DNA of 61,217 bases, filler included. It is 8 parts of 8 records of this genome, joined end to end, with 100 filler letters (N's around TTAATTAATTAA, not from the genome) between each part and the next. Parts side by side here need not be neighbours in the genome. Positions count along the whole stretch, not along the records: positions 46,973 to 52,875 come from DRR723986_17415; positions 52,976 to 61,217 come from DRR723986_17426; 6 more parts are not named here. The stretch is one strand, 5' to 3'. Position numbers and translations under genes: made by a program. The notes under the pieces are model-generated. The model did no database searches, was not told the origin of the DNA, and saw nothing but the letters and a program-made list of their open reading frames with translations. How positions within the stretch are numbered: the first letter of the stretch is position 1; the number at the start of each line of letters is the position of its first letter. Below, one piece after another: positions 49,632 to 58,941 of the stretch.

Positions 49632-50017
49632 GATACGAAACCGAACCCTAATAGGTACCGGCCACCCTGTCCCTACAGTCTCCCCCCGGCCATACCAAGG
49701 GGTCTCGGTCAACGTACCCCAGGGGCTAAACCTATAGGTCTAGGTTCGGTCTCCAGTCGGTCAAAACTGTTCGGTCTAACCGTCAACACTGACGGTCAGC
49801 GAACCAACGGCGGTTCGGTCCCAGACCGTCACCGGAGGGTTAAATGACGCCCTCAGACCAAAAGCATTTTAGCTTCTACCGGACCAAAGGCCGGTTATAC
49901 ACCATTGGAACCCGCCAAACTCGACAGGCGGTAACCCGGTTCCGTACACGGTTTCCCCTGGTATTCCCCAAGCTCGAACCCCACCTGTACCTAATAGGTC
50001 AGGACCAGGGGTGTATC
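49632..50017. ncRNA. Candidate structured RNA or ssDNA element
   Basis: Many nested 5-8 bp stems found by eye (listed in findings); overlaps a P/G/R-rich 82-aa ORF and the rep 5' end. Confidence 0.4.
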
Positions 50018-51640
50018 GCGTTGGAAATGGCCCTGGAAGATTTGGAATCAAAGCTACAGCGCCGTGACCTGAAGTTTACGCTGGATGATGCCCAGCTAAA
50101 GGACTTTGCGCGCTCCAAGGCAAGAACCTGCGGAGAAACCAGCGCCCGCATCAAAGACACCTCCCAGGCCTTGAAGGCCATCGGCAAACTCTTGGCTCGC
50201 TATTCCTTTGACCTACCGCAAAGCCAGACCGAAAAAGGCTGCATTGAGCGCACGAAAAACGAAATCTGGTGGCGTCGACTTATCCGACGGGAACAGAAGC
50301 GGGTATTGGACAACGTAGCACGTGAATACGGACTCGTTTCCAAGCAAAAAGGGGTCTATGTGTCAGACTGGGGTTTAAAGCTCCATCAGGAACAGTTAAC
50401 CCGTATCCGTTCCCTGCTTGAGGAAATGATCGCGGTCAACGATCAATGCCAGGAATACACCCTCGCTGAATTGTCCGCACTGTCGGTCAGTAACCCATAC
50501 GTTCGACGGTCAGAGTTGATCGTTCGCGCATCAGGGTTTGAGAAGATCGCCCAGGACCTGGGCCATGCCGGAATTTTTTTAACCATCACCACACCCAGCA
50601 AATACCACCCGGTCAAAGTAAGTGGTCAACCGAACCCAAAATACAACGGTTCGACACCCAGCGACGCCCAAGCGTACTTAAATTCTGTCTGGGCTCGAAT
50701 TCGTTCCCAGTTAGACCGAGAGCAAATCCGAACCTATGGGTTACGGATCGTTGAACCCCATCATGACGGAACCCCGCATTGGCACTTGATGCTGTTCGTG
50801 AACCCCGAACACAAAGCCCGCATGGTCCAAATCATGCGTGACTATGCATTGGAGGAAGACGGCAACGAAGCGGGCGCTAAAGAAGCCAGGTTCGAAGCGG
50901 TTGATATTGATTACGACCGGGGCTCAGCAACCGGCTATATCGTTAAGTACATCTGCAAGAACATCGACGGTGAGTTTCAGGAAAACGGCGAGGATGCCGA
51001 AGACTGGTATGGCAACCTAACCAAAGACGTCGCCGCCCGGGTTCGAGCCTGGGCCAGTATTCACGGTATCCGCCAATTCCAACAGATCGGCGGGCCACCT
51101 GTGACCGTCTGGCGGGAACTACGCCGCCTGGATCATGCCGATGACGAGGTTGTAGAGAAAGCCCGACAAGCAGCAGATAAAAGCGACTGGGCGGGTTTTA
51201 TTGAAGCCATGAACGGCCCTTGCGCCAAGCGGGCAGACCAGCCCATCAAAACGGCCAAATGGCTAGAATTCGATCAGGAGACTGGCGAATGCCTGGATAG
51301 CCCGGTCAACCAGTACGGCGAACCCGCTAAAGGCAAGCTGTTTGGCCTGTTTGCTCAAGGCCGGTATTGGATCACTCGAACGCTGCGATGGGAAATCAAG
51401 CGACCAAAGCAGGCAGAGCTCAAGATTGATTCTGGTTCTTCCTGGCTGGACCGCCTGAAGCAACTAACTCAGGTGCCGGAGCCAACAGAAGCGGAAATCG
51501 CCGCACTGCCCGACGACACCGCTTATGCGTGGGAGAAATTGAGTGGTGAGGCTCACCCGCCACCTTGGAGTTCTGTCAATAACTGTACTATTAATGTCAT
51601 CACTTGTTCTTATGACGACTTATCCGTGCCTTTGCAATGA
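49844..51640 (+). CDS. P2 gpA-type rolling-circle replication endonuclease (HUH)
   Basis: WWRR; FLTITTPSKYH; HUH motif EPHHDGTPHWHL; two-Tyr motif YIVKYICKNIDG; WASIHGIRQFQQIGG; VWRELRR; PWSSVNNCT. Confidence 0.92.
   Translation: MTPSDQKHFSFYRTKGRLYTIGTRQTRQAVTRFRTRFPLVFPKLEPHLYLIGQDQGCIALEMALEDLESKLQRRDLKFTLDDAQLKDFARSKARTCGETSARIKDTSQALKAIGKLLARYSFDLPQSQTEKGCIERTKNEIWWRRLIRREQKRVLDNVAREYGLVSKQKGVYVSDWGLKLHQEQLTRIRSLLEEMIAVNDQCQEYTLAELSALSVSNPYVRRSELIVRASGFEKIAQDLGHAGIFLTITTPSKYHPVKVSGQPNPKYNGSTPSDAQAYLNSVWARIRSQLDREQIRTYGLRIVEPHHDGTPHWHLMLFVNPEHKARMVQIMRDYALEEDGNEAGAKEARFEAVDIDYDRGSATGYIVKYICKNIDGEFQENGEDAEDWYGNLTKDVAARVRAWASIHGIRQFQQIGGPPVTVWRELRRLDHADDEVVEKARQAADKSDWAGFIEAMNGPCAKRADQPIKTAKWLEFDQETGECLDSPVNQYGEPAKGKLFGLFAQGRYWITRTLRWEIKRPKQAELKIDSGSSWLDRLKQLTQVPEPTEAEIAALPDDTAYAWEKLSGEAHPPPWSSVNNCTINVITCSYDDLSVPLQ
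51563..51588 (+). promoter_or_regulatory. P2-family double-strand origin (nick site) inside rep
   Basis: CCTTG^GAGTTCTGTCAATAACTGTAC resembles the P2 ori CCTCG^GAGTCCTGTCAA as recalled; predicted nick at 51567/51568. Confidence 0.7.
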
Positions 51641-52875
51641 TAGAAACATAGGATATTGCCTTTTCTATCCCGAGTTCGCTCTCATCGCTTAAAGAGAGAA
51701 TGTGCTCGCCAATGACACGCGGGTCAAAGCCAGATTTGATCGCGTCATAGGTAAGGTCATCAATTGAACCTGAAACCGTATTTTTTAGGTTATCGTCCCT
51801 TGCTGAATTGACCTCTACCTCACTGAAGAGGTCTAGCGACTGCGTCGCTTCAATGCGATCCCTTTCCACGTCTTTTACGGATCGATAATCCGGTATTCTA
51901 ACCCCTGGTTGGGAAGAAAGATAATCCTCAAAACCTTTGGAATACCCTAAATACCCTTTGATATATCTCGGTTGAGATAAATCTTTTCGCCTTTTTATGA
52001 GCAGCGTTTGGCCAAACTTAGTTTTAACCCATTGCCAAATATTAGATTCGTTTCGACCTATATTTTGAGCTCGATCTATCTCAGTAACAAAACCAAGTCC
52101 CTCTACAAAAAGTTGACCATCGATAGTTCCTAAAGCGCTGTTCTGATATTTCGGCGGCTCCCACTTGAAAAGGTCTGGGTAGATAAACTCTGCGAGCCCC
52201 TCGCCACGAGAGATATCGAACAACCTATAACTTTCAGCGGAGATGTAACGCTGATCTAATATTTTGTGAGGCGGCTTATCCTCCAGAACAGCTCCAACCA
52301 ATGCACCTATCTTTGTAGAAATGGTATCCGTATCTGATCCAAGGCAATTACTAATCTCGGTGATTCTATTGTTCGCTTCAACGGAAGACCCTATAAAATG
52401 CGCTATGGAAACCGCTAAAACAGATGTGAGTAAGCTAGACCCCCTATGACTTGGATTTTTTGCATCAAACTCCTCAAACAACACCTCCATTGTCGGGTTT
52501 GGGTAGTTGCTTAAAAAGTCGAAAGACGAGTTAATTAGTGTGATTAATTCCTCTACAGTTGCTTTTAAGTTGTCATTAAACCTAATTTCTTTTTTGTTTT
52601 CCCAAGTCGGCAGCCAAAACGAGCTAATCTGGGGGTCTAACTTCACGATTTCATCAAGCGTTAACACCTCTTTTGCTAAGTTAACGCATATTTCTTTGTT
52701 TGGAACCGCACCCAGTTCAAGTGCCTTTTTGAGGCAGAGGGCATGAAATGCGGCCCCAACAATGGCTACCATATGGCCATGAGTGCATATTGTGTTTTGA
52801 AATACATCTAGAATGAGTTTATGAGTATCCGCACCTTGGGGACGGCTCCATACATGCGGCTGAATGCGCATGGAT
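51600..52875 (-). CDS. ADP-ribosylglycohydrolase (ARH/DraG) family protein with extra C-terminal domains, 5' truncated
   Basis: (S)MRIQP, THGH, GSDTDTISTKIGALVGA; about 200 aa of additional C-terminus; AT-rich. Confidence 0.8.
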
Positions 52876-52975
52876 NNNNNNNNNNNNNNNNNNNNNNNNN
52901 NNNNNNNNNNNNNNNNNNNTTAATTAATTAANNNNNNNNNNNNNNNNNNNNNNNNNNNNNNNNNNNNNNNNNNNN
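52876..52975. other. Artificial contig linker
   Basis: N44-TTAATTAATTAA-N44. Confidence 0.99.
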
Positions 52976-54128
52976 TGCGATGATCGTGGACAGCACCGCC
53001 CTGCCGGAACAGGCGGTGCGCGATATCGTGGCCTCCAGCTTCCAGTCGGCGGGCCAGCGTTGTTCGGCGTTGCGTTGTCTCTATGTGCAGCAGGATATTG
53101 CGCCGTCTTTCCTGAAGATGCTGAAGGGCGCGATGGATGAACTGGCGGTTTCCGATCCGTGGGATGCGGCCACCGATGTGGGGCCGATCATCTCTAGCAC
53201 TGCGCGGGATGACATCGCAGGCTATGTGGCCCGCGCACGGGCTGAGGGCAGAGTGCTGCACGAGGTAAGCGCACCGCAGGAGGGATCGTTCCTTGCCCCG
53301 GTGGCGATCAAGGTCAACGGCATCGAGGATATGGAGTCAGAGGTCTTTGGCCCGGTGCTGCATGTGGCGACATTCAAATCGAACGAGATCGACAAGGTCA
53401 TTGCATCGGTCAACGCCAAGGGCTTTGGGCTGACGTTCGGTCTGCACACCCGCATCGACGACCGGGTGCAGCACATTACCGAGGCGGTGAAGGCGGGCAA
53501 TATCTACGTCAACCGCAATCAGATCGGGGCCATTGTCGGCAGTCAGCCCTTCGGGGGCGAGGGGCTGTCGGGCACTGGTCCCAAGGCGGGCGGTCCGGCT
53601 TATGTGGCCCGCTTCAGTGCGGTCAGCTCCCCTGCGGCGCCCGCGCGCGGTGGCAAGGGCGCGGACCCGGTGCAAGTGCAGGCCGCATTGAACAAGGCGG
53701 TGACCGACACGCTGAAACGGCGCAGCACCGAAAGCCTGCCGGGCCCGACGGGGGAATCGAACCGGCTGTCGATCTTTGCACGCGGCACCGTGTTGTGCCT
53801 TGGTCCGACCGAGGAGGCGGCCGCCGAACAGGTGCGCATTGCCGAATGGGCGGGCTGCAAGGCGGTGGCAGTCGCGCCGGGTGCCGAGATTGACGGGGTG
53901 TTGCAGGCCGAGGCGCTGACCGACCTGCAAGGCTTTGTCGTGGTCGCCTATGACGGGCCACAAGACCCCGCCCGCGCGATCCGCACCGCATTGGCGGCGC
54001 GGGATGGGCGGCTTATCCCGCTGACCTCGCGGGCCGATCTGGCGGCGATGTGCCGTCTGGAACGCCATGTCTGCATCGACACCACGGCAGCGGGGGGCAA
54101 TGCCTCGCTTCTGGCGGCGGCAAGCTGA
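52976..54128 (+). CDS. putA: Bifunctional proline dehydrogenase/P5C dehydrogenase, 5' truncated
   Basis: SAGQRCSALR; EVFGPVLHV; GSQPFGGEGLSGTGPKAGG; LPGPTGESN; IDTTAAGGNASL. Confidence 0.95.
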
Positions 54129-54130
54129 CC

Positions 54131-56710
54131 TCAGGCGGGGCTGTTCCGGTCCCGCCAGACCATCACCGTTTTCACCGCTTCGGGGACAAGGATCAGGGGC
54201 AAGGCCAGCAGGCCGATCATCTGCCAATGCTCCACCCCGAGCGGTACGGTGCGCAACAGCAGTTGCAGGGGCGGCCAATAGACGGCGGCCACCTGCGCGG
54301 CCAGCATCGCCACTAGCGCAACCAACAGCAGCGGGTTCGATGCCAGCCCGATCTTCCAGCAGGGCTGTCGGAAGGATCGGAAGGCAAAGACGCTCATCTT
54401 TTCGAACACAACAATCGCGGTGAAGGCAGCAGTTCGGGCGATGTCCTCGCCCTGTGGCAGCAGCGTGTAGAAAATCCACAACCCCGCCGCGCCGGCATAG
54501 GCCCCGTAAGTCAGGATCAAGGCCAGCCCGGCAGGCCCGACAATCCCGGCATTCATCGGGCGGGGCGGATCCTGCATCTGGTCCTTGGTCGCCCTTTCCA
54601 GCCCGAGCGCCACGGCGGTTACACCATCGGTGATCAGGTTCATCCACAGGATCTGCGTGGCCAGCAGAATGAGCGGGCCGCCGAAATAGAGATTGGCGAG
54701 GATCGCCACGACCTCTCCGGCATTGGAGGACAGGAGGTAGCGCACGAAACGCTGCACATTCTCGAACTGGCGGCGGCCTTCACGGACGACCCGCACGATG
54801 GTGGCGAAATTGTCGTCAAGCAGCACCAGATCGGCGGCGTCTTTGGCGACATCGGTGCCCCTGATTCCCATGGCAACGCCAATGTCGGCCCGTTTCAGGG
54901 CAGGCGCGTCGTTTACCCCGTCGCCGGTCATGGCCACGATCTGCCCGTCGTCCTGCAGCGCCTCGACCAGCCGCATCTTGTGGGCGGGGGCGGTGCGGGC
55001 AAAGACCACGTCCTGCGCCAGAAGTTTGCGCAGGGTTGCGTCATCGGCTGCATCCACCCGGTCGCCGGTCACCACTTGCGTCACAGGCAGACCCACCTGC
55101 GTGGCGATTGCCTGTGCCGTGACCGGGCTGTCTCCGGTGATCATGATCACGCGGATACCGGCTGACCGGCAGGCGGCGACGGCGGCCGGCACTTCGGGCC
55201 GTGGCGGGTCAATGAGCCCGACGAGGCCGAGGAATGTCAGGTTCTTCTCTGCCGCGTCGCCACCATCGACCTTGGCTGATGCAAGCGCGATGACGCGAAG
55301 CCCTTCGCTGGCCATTTTCGTATAGGCGTCTTCGATGATCCGCCGGGCCGGGCTGATCAACGGCACCACGCCGTCCGGCCCCGCAACCTGCGAACAGACA
55401 TCGAGGATCGCCTCTGGCGCACCCTTGGCATGGATCACCGGGTCGCCATTGCAGGTGGAGACGACGCTCATGCGTTTGCGTTCGGACGAAAACGGCTCTT
55501 CCGACAACACGCAAGCCGGATCGGGCAGGGGTGCCCACCCTTTATAGGCCAGCGTCATCAGCGCGCCTTCGGTGGGTTCGCCGACCATCTGCCATTGTCC
55601 CGCCTCTTGCCGCAGGCTGGCGTGGTTGCAGATCATCGTGCAGTCCAGCAGGTCGGACAGGACCGGGTCGCTGCCATGGCGCAGCGCGCCCTCTGGCCCC
55701 TCGATATGGCCGGACGGGTCATAGCCGGTGCCGGTTACGGTCAACACGCGGTCCCCCGGCAGCCAGATTCGCGCGGCGGTCATCTTGTTTTCCGTCAACG
55801 TGCCGGTCTTGTCGGTGCAGATCACCGATGCTGCGCCGAGCGTTTCCACCGCCTGCAACCGCCGCGCCAGCGCGTGGTGGCGGACCATGGCCGAGGCGCC
55901 AAGCGCCAGCGTTATGGTGACCACGGCGGGCAGACCCTCGGGCACGATGGCGACTGCCAGCGACAGGCCGGTCATGAACATGTCCAGCAGGTCTTGCCCG
56001 GCGACCAGCCCCGCCACCACAACCGCCCCGCCAAGGGCGATGGCGGCAAAGCCCATCTGGCGGGCAAGGCGGCTGAGTTGCCGGGTCAGATGGGTCTGCT
56101 TTTCACCGACCGATCCGGTCAGTTCCGCAATCTGGCCAAACTGGGTGCGGCTGCCGGTGGCCGTCACGATCCCTTCGGCCCGCCCGGCCACGACCGAGGT
56201 TCCCATATGGATTTTCGGGTCTTCGTCCGACTTGTCGACTGGCAGGGATTCCCCAGTCAACACACTTTCATCGACCTTCAGCTGCAGCGCGATATGCAGC
56301 GCAATATCGGCGGGCACCCGGTCGCCCGCTTCCATCACCACCAGATCACCGGGCACAATGGCCGAGGTCTCGATCATCTGCTGTTGCCCGTCACGCACCA
56401 CCCGCGCCTTGGGGTCGAGCATCTGGCGCAACGCCGCCAGCGCGGTTTCGGCGCGCCATTCCTGAACGAACCCGAGGATGCCGTTCAAAAGAACCACCAG
56501 ACCGATGGCCAGTGCGTCGATGACCTCGCCCAAAGCCGCCGCGATCACCATGGCCGCGATCAGCACCAGAACCAGAAACCCCGCGAATTGCCGGGCGAGG
56601 ATGCGCAAGGGGGATATGGCCTGCGCCTCGGCCAGCCGGTTGGGGCCATGTTCGGCCAGCAGGCGGGCGGCCTCTGCGCGGGTCAGTCCTGTCGGGTTTG
56701 GGTCGGTCAT
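54131..56710 (-). CDS. Cation-transporting P-type ATPase (type II, Ca2+-like)
   Basis: HGPNRL, TGES, VPEGLP, DKTGTLT, KGAPE, TGDGVNDAPALK, QILWMNLITDG; start approximate. Confidence 0.92.
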   Translation of the reverse strand: MTDPNPTGLTRAEAARLLAEHGPNRLAEAQAISPLRILARQFAGFLVLVLIAAMVIAAALGEVIDALAIGLVVLLNGILGFVQEWRAETALAALRQMLDPKARVVRDGQQQMIETSAIVPGDLVVMEAGDRVPADIALHIALQLKVDESVLTGESLPVDKSDEDPKIHMGTSVVAGRAEGIVTATGSRTQFGQIAELTGSVGEKQTHLTRQLSRLARQMGFAAIALGGAVVVAGLVAGQDLLDMFMTGLSLAVAIVPEGLPAVVTITLALGASAMVRHHALARRLQAVETLGAASVICTDKTGTLTENKMTAARIWLPGDRVLTVTGTGYDPSGHIEGPEGALRHGSDPVLSDLLDCTMICNHASLRQEAGQWQMVGEPTEGALMTLAYKGWAPLPDPACVLSEEPFSSERKRMSVVSTCNGDPVIHAKGAPEAILDVCSQVAGPDGVVPLISPARRIIEDAYTKMASEGLRVIALASAKVDGGDAAEKNLTFLGLVGLIDPPRPEVPAAVAACRSAGIRVIMITGDSPVTAQAIATQVGLPVTQVVTGDRVDAADDATLRKLLAQDVVFARTAPAHKMRLVEALQDDGQIVAMTGDGVNDAPALKRADIGVAMGIRGTDVAKDAADLVLLDDNFATIVRVVREGRRQFENVQRFVRYLLSSNAGEVVAILANLYFGGPLILLATQILWMNLITDGVTAVALGLERATKDQMQDPPRPMNAGIVGPAGLALILTYGAYAGAAGLWIFYTLLPQGEDIARTAAFTAIVVFEKMSVFAFRSFRQPCWKIGLASNPLLLVALVAMLAAQVAAVYWPPLQLLLRTVPLGVEHWQMIGLLALPLILVPEAVKTVMVWRDRNSPA

Positions 56711-56880
56711 CGCGGGGGGCATCCTGCTGCGGTTGAAATGACCGTAGGGGGTCAGCCTGACACCGGCATTGACCGATATCAACGCCGCACCACATGGTCA
56801 CGGGCTTGCCCCCGCCGTCATATCCCGCGATGAAGGGGCAAAGGCTGGCGCGCCCGCGCCGCATCAGAAGGAATGAGACA

Positions 56881-57765
56881 ATGGCGAAGGTGGCGTTTCT
56901 GGGTTTGGGTGTGATGGGTTACCCGATGGCGGGGCATCTTCAGGCCGCCGGCCATGACGTGACGGTTTACAACCGCACCACGGCCAAGGCCGAGGCATGG
57001 GCCGCGCAGCATGGCGGTTCGCATGGCATAACCCCGCGAGAGGCCGTTGCCGGCTGCGATTTCGTGATGGCCTGCGTTGGCAATGACGACGACCTGCGGT
57101 CTGTGGTTCTGGGCGAGGACGGAGCCTTCGCGGGCATGAAACCGGGCGCGATCTTTGTCGATCACACGACGGTTTCCGCGATTGTCACCCGCGAATTGGC
57201 AGAGATTGGGGCGGAAAAGGGCATCGCCTGGGTCGATGCGCCGGTGTCTGGTGGGCAGGCGGGGGCCGAGAACGGCCAGCTTGCGATCATGTGCGGCGGG
57301 GACGATGCGCCTTATGCAGCGGCGGTTCTGGTGATGGATGCGTATGCCAAGGCGATCGAACATTTCGGCCCCGTTGGCTCGGGCCAATTGACCAAGATGG
57401 TCAATCAGGTCTGCATCGTCGGCGCGGTGCAGAGCATTTCCGAAGGGCTCTACTTCGCCATGAAAGCCGGGCTCGACGCCAAGAAGGTGGCCAAACTGGT
57501 GTCTCAGGGCGCGGGCGGCTCATGGCAATTGGCCAATCGCGCCGACACGATGGTCGACAACCATTTCGAGCATGGTTTCGCCGTCGACTGGATGCGCAAG
57601 GATCTGGGAATTGCGCTGGAGCAGGGCAAGGACATGGGCCTGTCGCTGCCGGTCACGTCGCTGGTTGACCAGTTCTATGCGGAGGTGCAGCAGCTTGGCG
57701 GCGGCCGTTGGGACACGTCGAGCCTGATCCAGCGATTCCGCAAGATGAACGGCGAAGAGATCTGA
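56881..57765 (+). CDS. Beta-hydroxyacid dehydrogenase (3-hydroxyisobutyrate/2-hydroxy-3-oxopropionate reductase family)
   Basis: FLGLGVMGYPMA, DAPVSGG, GSGQLTKMVNQ, KDLG. Confidence 0.9.
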   Translation: MAKVAFLGLGVMGYPMAGHLQAAGHDVTVYNRTTAKAEAWAAQHGGSHGITPREAVAGCDFVMACVGNDDDLRSVVLGEDGAFAGMKPGAIFVDHTTVSAIVTRELAEIGAEKGIAWVDAPVSGGQAGAENGQLAIMCGGDDAPYAAAVLVMDAYAKAIEHFGPVGSGQLTKMVNQVCIVGAVQSISEGLYFAMKAGLDAKKVAKLVSQGAGGSWQLANRADTMVDNHFEHGFAVDWMRKDLGIALEQGKDMGLSLPVTSLVDQFYAEVQQLGGGRWDTSSLIQRFRKMNGEEI

Positions 57766-57846
57766 GGGGCGACCCTTCAGGCCGTAATCCTGCGCCTGTA
57801 GGGAAGGACCGACAGGATCGTTCGGGGTCAGGCGCTGCGGTGTGTT

Positions 57847-57879
57847 GAGTATTTGGACCAAGAAGAAAGGCAGGGCGGC
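57847..57879. repeat. Probable small intergenic repeat; a related end is at 61201-61217
   Basis: Reverse complement GCCGCCCTGCCTTTCTTCTTGGTCCAAATACTC versus window end GCCCGCCCTTTCATCTT. Confidence 0.35.
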
Positions 57880-58941
57880 GTGAGCGTCGAGCTGGGAAAT
57901 CTCTGGGATGGGACGTGGCACGGCTTTGACACCGTGATCGACGTGCGCGCGCCATTGGAGTTTGCCGAGGATCACCTGCCCGGTGCGATGTCCCTGCCGG
58001 TTCTGTCGGATGAGGAACGCGCCCGCGTGGGCACGATCTACAAGCAGGTCAGCCCGTTCGACGCCCGCAAAATCGGCGCCGCTCTGGTGGCTCGCAACGC
58101 CGCGCAGCACATCGAAAGCCAGCTGATGGAAAAGCCCGGTGGCTGGCGACCCTTGGTCTATTGCTGGCGCGGCGGACAGCGGTCAAACTCGTTCGCGACC
58201 ATCTTGCGTCAGATCGGCTGGCGGGTGGAGGTGCTGGAGGGCGGGTATCGCAGCTACCGGCGGGCTGTGGTCGAAACGCTCTATGACCGCCCGCTGCCCT
58301 TTCGGCTGATCCGGTTGGACGGCAACACCGGCACCGCCAAAACCGCGCTTTTACCGATGTTGCAGGCGCGGGGAATGCAGGTTGTGGATCTGGAGGGATT
58401 GGCGGGGCATCGCGGGTCGATCCTGGGGTCGGTCGCGGGGGGACAGCCATCGCAGAAGGGGTTCGAGTCCGGCCTGATCACGTCGTTTCAGGCGCTGGAC
58501 CCTGCGCGGCCCGTGGTGGTCGAAGCGGAATCGGCCCGCATTGGCGCCCTTCGCCTGCCGCCCGCCCTGTGGCAGGCCATGATCCGCGCCCCCCGTGTGG
58601 AAATCGAGGCGCCTGTCTCCGCTCGCGCGGCCTATCTGGCAGGGGCCTATGCGGATCTTCTGGCCGATCCCGATGCATTGACCGGGCTGTTGGACGGGCT
58701 GCGCGCTTTGGTCGGTGCGGACCGCGTGGCCGAATGGACCGCCATGGTCGGCGCCAGGGACTGGCTGGCGCTGGCGGAGGGCCTGGTTGTGCACCACTAC
58801 GATCCCGCCTATAGCCGCGCCCGAAAGCGAGACGAGGCACCGATTGCGGGGCGGCTTGAGGCGGATTTGCTGACCGATCAGGCGCTGCCAGAGCTTGCCG
58901 ACCGGCTTGCCGGGGTTCTAGACGAGGTCGATCCGGGGTGA
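57880..58941 (+). CDS. selU: tRNA 2-selenouridine synthase (SelU/MnmH)
   Basis: Rhodanese IDVRAPLEFAEDH...YCWRGGQRS; P-loop GNTGTAKT; HRGS; EAES..IG; HYDPAY. Confidence 0.93.
   Translation: MSVELGNLWDGTWHGFDTVIDVRAPLEFAEDHLPGAMSLPVLSDEERARVGTIYKQVSPFDARKIGAALVARNAAQHIESQLMEKPGGWRPLVYCWRGGQRSNSFATILRQIGWRVEVLEGGYRSYRRAVVETLYDRPLPFRLIRLDGNTGTAKTALLPMLQARGMQVVDLEGLAGHRGSILGSVAGGQPSQKGFESGLITSFQALDPARPVVVEAESARIGALRLPPALWQAMIRAPRVEIEAPVSARAAYLAGAYADLLADPDALTGLLDGLRALVGADRVAEWTAMVGARDWLALAEGLVVHHYDPAYSRARKRDEAPIAGRLEADLLTDQALPELADRLAGVLDEVDPG

Larger units (their letters stand above)
46973..52875. mobile_element. tRNA-Leu-targeting integrative element with a P2 gpA-type rolling-circle replicase (satellite-like; right end missing)
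   Basis: att fragment, integrase, hypothetical gene, Xis/AlpA, HUH Rep with ori, AT-rich cargo. Confidence 0.8.

Noticed and set aside
8453-52975. Recurring TTAATTAATTAA flanked by N runs as a biological repeat or CRISPR
   Set aside because: Identical 100-nt synthetic linker with stops in all six frames
53337-56833. Long ORFs 53337-54647 (-) and 55430-56833 (+)
   Set aside because: Alternative-frame or antisense shadows of putA and the P-type ATPase in high-GC DNA
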